Origin: an uncultured Planctomycetota bacterium
Lineage (GTDB): Bacteria; Planctomycetota; Planctomycetia; Gemmatales; Gemmataceae
Assembly: GCA_963849325.1 (NCBI GenBank)
Contig: CAWKHF010000002.1
Location: 896,001 to 960,000 of the forward strand
Length of the DNA: 64,000 nucleotides
Reading direction: 5' to 3'
Positions 62,307 to 64,000 of this stretch are shown in pieces (position 1 is the first letter of the stretch; every line of letters begins with the position of its first letter). The notes under the pieces were generated by a model. It did no database searches. It saw only the letters and a program-made list of their open reading frames with translations, and was not told where the DNA came from. The translations under genes were made by a program, and so were the position numbers.

Positions 62307-63144
62307 ATGCACGTTTTCGTCCAGGGTCGCAAGCACACCGTGCTCGTCTCGGTCGCGCTGGCACTCATCCTGACCGGCCGCGTCTCCGCTCAGACCGGGC
62401 CGATCAAGGGCAACCTGCACGTGGTCTCCGTCGGCGTCGATAATCCGACGTATGGCGACACGAACCAACCGCTGCGCGGCGCCGCCAAGGACGCCGAGGC
62501 CGAGGCCCGCTTCTGGGCCACCCAGCAAGGGAAGCTCTTCCATCAGGTCCACGTCGCGCCGGCCCTCACCAACGAGAGCGCGACCCGTCAAGCGGTGCTG
62601 GCCAACCTCGATCGATTGATCGAGTCGGCCCAGCCCGGCGATACCGTGGTGGTGGCGCTGTCCGGACATGGTGGGATCGATCCCCGGACGGGACAATATG
62701 CCTACTGCGCCTATGACGTGCCCGTCTCCGCCGCCGAGCTGCGCGAGCGCGTCGAGAAGTTGGCCCGGAAGGGCGTGCGCGTCCTCCTGATCGTCGATAC
62801 GTGCCATGCCGGGGCCATCGGCATCCACGGCGACAACATCATCGTCCTGGCGGCGTGCGCCGCCGATGAATACGCCGCCGACGGGCCGAGCAATGGGTTG
62901 TACACCCAGGTCCTTCTCACCGGGTTGAATGGCGCCGCCGATGCCAACAAGGACGGCATCATCACTTTGGCCGAGCTGGATGTCTATGTGGCGACGCAGA
63001 TGGAAAAGGCCCGCTGCACGCAATGTCCGACCTGCGGCCGGCCCGCCAACATCCGCAGCAATCTGCCGCTGGCGACGGTCGGCGACTCCTTCCACCACTC
63101 CGAGCAACGGAGGAGGAACGGGACCAATCCATCCACAGCAATAA
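62307..63144 (+). CDS. Exported caspase-like (peptidase C14) protein; probable frameshift near 63080
   Basis: Signal peptide; LSGHG and DTCHAG catalytic dyad; NGLYT, DANKDGIITLAEL; terminator after 63144. Confidence 0.85.
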
Positions 63145-63154
63145 CCGTCTCTTT

Positions 63155-63186
63155 GGGTCAGCGGGACATCCCGCTGGCCCTTTTTT
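63155..63186 (+). terminator. Rho-independent terminator
   Basis: GGGTCAGCGGGA-CA-TCCCGCTGGCCC hairpin followed by TTTTTT. Confidence 0.75.
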
Positions 63187-63193
63187 GTCGCGG

Positions 63194-63607
63194 TTACTTG
63201 CCGACGACGGAATCGAAGACGCGCACCTTCTTCCAGTTGTCCTTGTTTTCCTCGATGAATTGCTGGTGTCGCTTGGCGTCCTGGTACTTGTCGTGGGACG
63301 CCTTGTCCTTGAAGACGATGTGCAGGGCCACGTCGAAGTCGCGGTCGTTGACCTCGCGGTTGAGGTCTTCGGCGCGCGTGCCGGCGGCGAAGAAAACCTC
63401 GCCGGGATGCTTCGACAGATAGCTCTTGCAGGCGTCCACGAGCTTCTGTCGGGTCGCCGCCGAATTGTCCTTGAGCGCGAAATAGACGTCGTGGGACAGC
63501 ATGGAACCGGAATCCTCCGCCGCGTCCGTCCGGCCTCGATCGTGAAGGGCGAACCACGCCGCGACGGCCAGGCCAAGGACGACACCGCACGCCAGTTGTT
63601 TCCGCAT
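63194..63607 (-). CDS. Dabb (stress-responsive A/B barrel) family protein, exported
   Basis: HDVYFALKD..NDRDFDVALHIVF..HDKYQ..HQQFI..WKKVRVFDS. Confidence 0.88.
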   Translation of the reverse strand: MRKQLACGVVLGLAVAAWFALHDRGRTDAAEDSGSMLSHDVYFALKDNSAATRQKLVDACKSYLSKHPGEVFFAAGTRAEDLNREVNDRDFDVALHIVFKDKASHDKYQDAKRHQQFIEENKDNWKKVRVFDSVVGK

Positions 63608-63700
63608 GATCCTCTCCTTTCACCCGGATGGGGGTGCTCGATGTTCCTGGTGTAGCCGGGCGCGCGGCATCGACAAGAGGAACGGTCCGGAAGGAGGGAA

Positions 63701-64000
63701 TGCTGGAGGAGGGACTCGAACCCTCACGAGGCTTTCGCCTCTTCGGATTTTCGTACCACTATGGCTTTCGCCACCCTTGCGGTTTGTGGTCTGGACTTTC
63801 CCTTGGCCGTGGGTTTTCCCTTTAGGCCTCAGCCGCCAAGTCTCTACACCTTCTCCGGCCGCAACGGCCGGAGTTTGGCTCGGGATTGCCACCACCTTGA
63901 CGTGAGAGGTTCCCCCGACTTCGACTGAATTCACGCGGAGGGTTTCCCACTCCGGTGCTCAAATGGCTCAAGTCCGATGCGTCTGCCGATTCCGCCACTC
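63701..64000 (-). tRNA. trnL: tRNA-Leu(UAA), intron-containing; the first few 5' nucleotides lie outside the window
   Basis: 5' exon ..GAGTGGCGGAATCGGCAGACGCATCGGACTT, 3' exon AAAATCCGA-long variable arm-GAGGGTTCGAGTCCCTC-CTCCAGCA; spliced anticodon loop CTTAAAA. Confidence 0.92.
63752..63969 (-). ncRNA. Group I self-splicing intron (218 nt) in the tRNA-Leu anticodon
   Basis: Inserted after U34, ends in G; core elements GAATTCAG (P), AATCCCGAGC (Q), GTAGAGACT (R), AAGGGAAAGTCC (S). Confidence 0.9.

Noticed and set aside
62307-63422. 371-aa caspase ORF overlapping the Dabb gene
   Set aside because: The extension runs through a terminator and antisense to a real gene; a frameshift near 63080 with a stop at 63144 is more plausible
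61200-63700. tRNA-anchored genomic island or prophage
   Set aside because: No integrase, phage genes or duplicated tRNA 3' end seen in the window

Overview
GC-rich bacterial chromosome segment, most likely Planctomycetota (Gemmataceae-like). The assignment rests on the DUF1559 prepilin, the DUF1549/DUF1553 cytochrome + DUF1501 pair, DUF4058, DUF1080 and an ECF sigma factor with a long C-terminal extension. The window holds about 50 CDSs. These include a MoxR-DUF58-BatA/vWA operon, a MetOD1 + hybrid histidine kinase pair, aldehyde:ferredoxin oxidoreductase, pyrC, panD, pdxH, cfa, csrA, a vWA-PP2C-kinase (TerY-P-type) triad, a SABATH-type methyltransferase and a caspase-like protease. Non-coding features are a cobalamin riboswitch, an apparently complete ISKra4-family IS (TIRs and a 9-bp target duplication), a tRNA-Leu(UAA) with a group I intron, and many short palindromic repeats. 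About 20 single-base frameshifts, some in housekeeping genes, are most simply read as long-read assembly errors. The best leads are: a ubiquitin-like C-terminal-GG protein coupled to a DUF4132 protein; an unannotated 28-aa Arg/Lys-rich ORF that may be a small ribosomal protein; a B12-riboswitch-controlled pilin-like gene; and a receptor-like TerY-P kinase carrying an in-frame palindromic DNA insertion. All family assignments come from motif recognition, not database searches.
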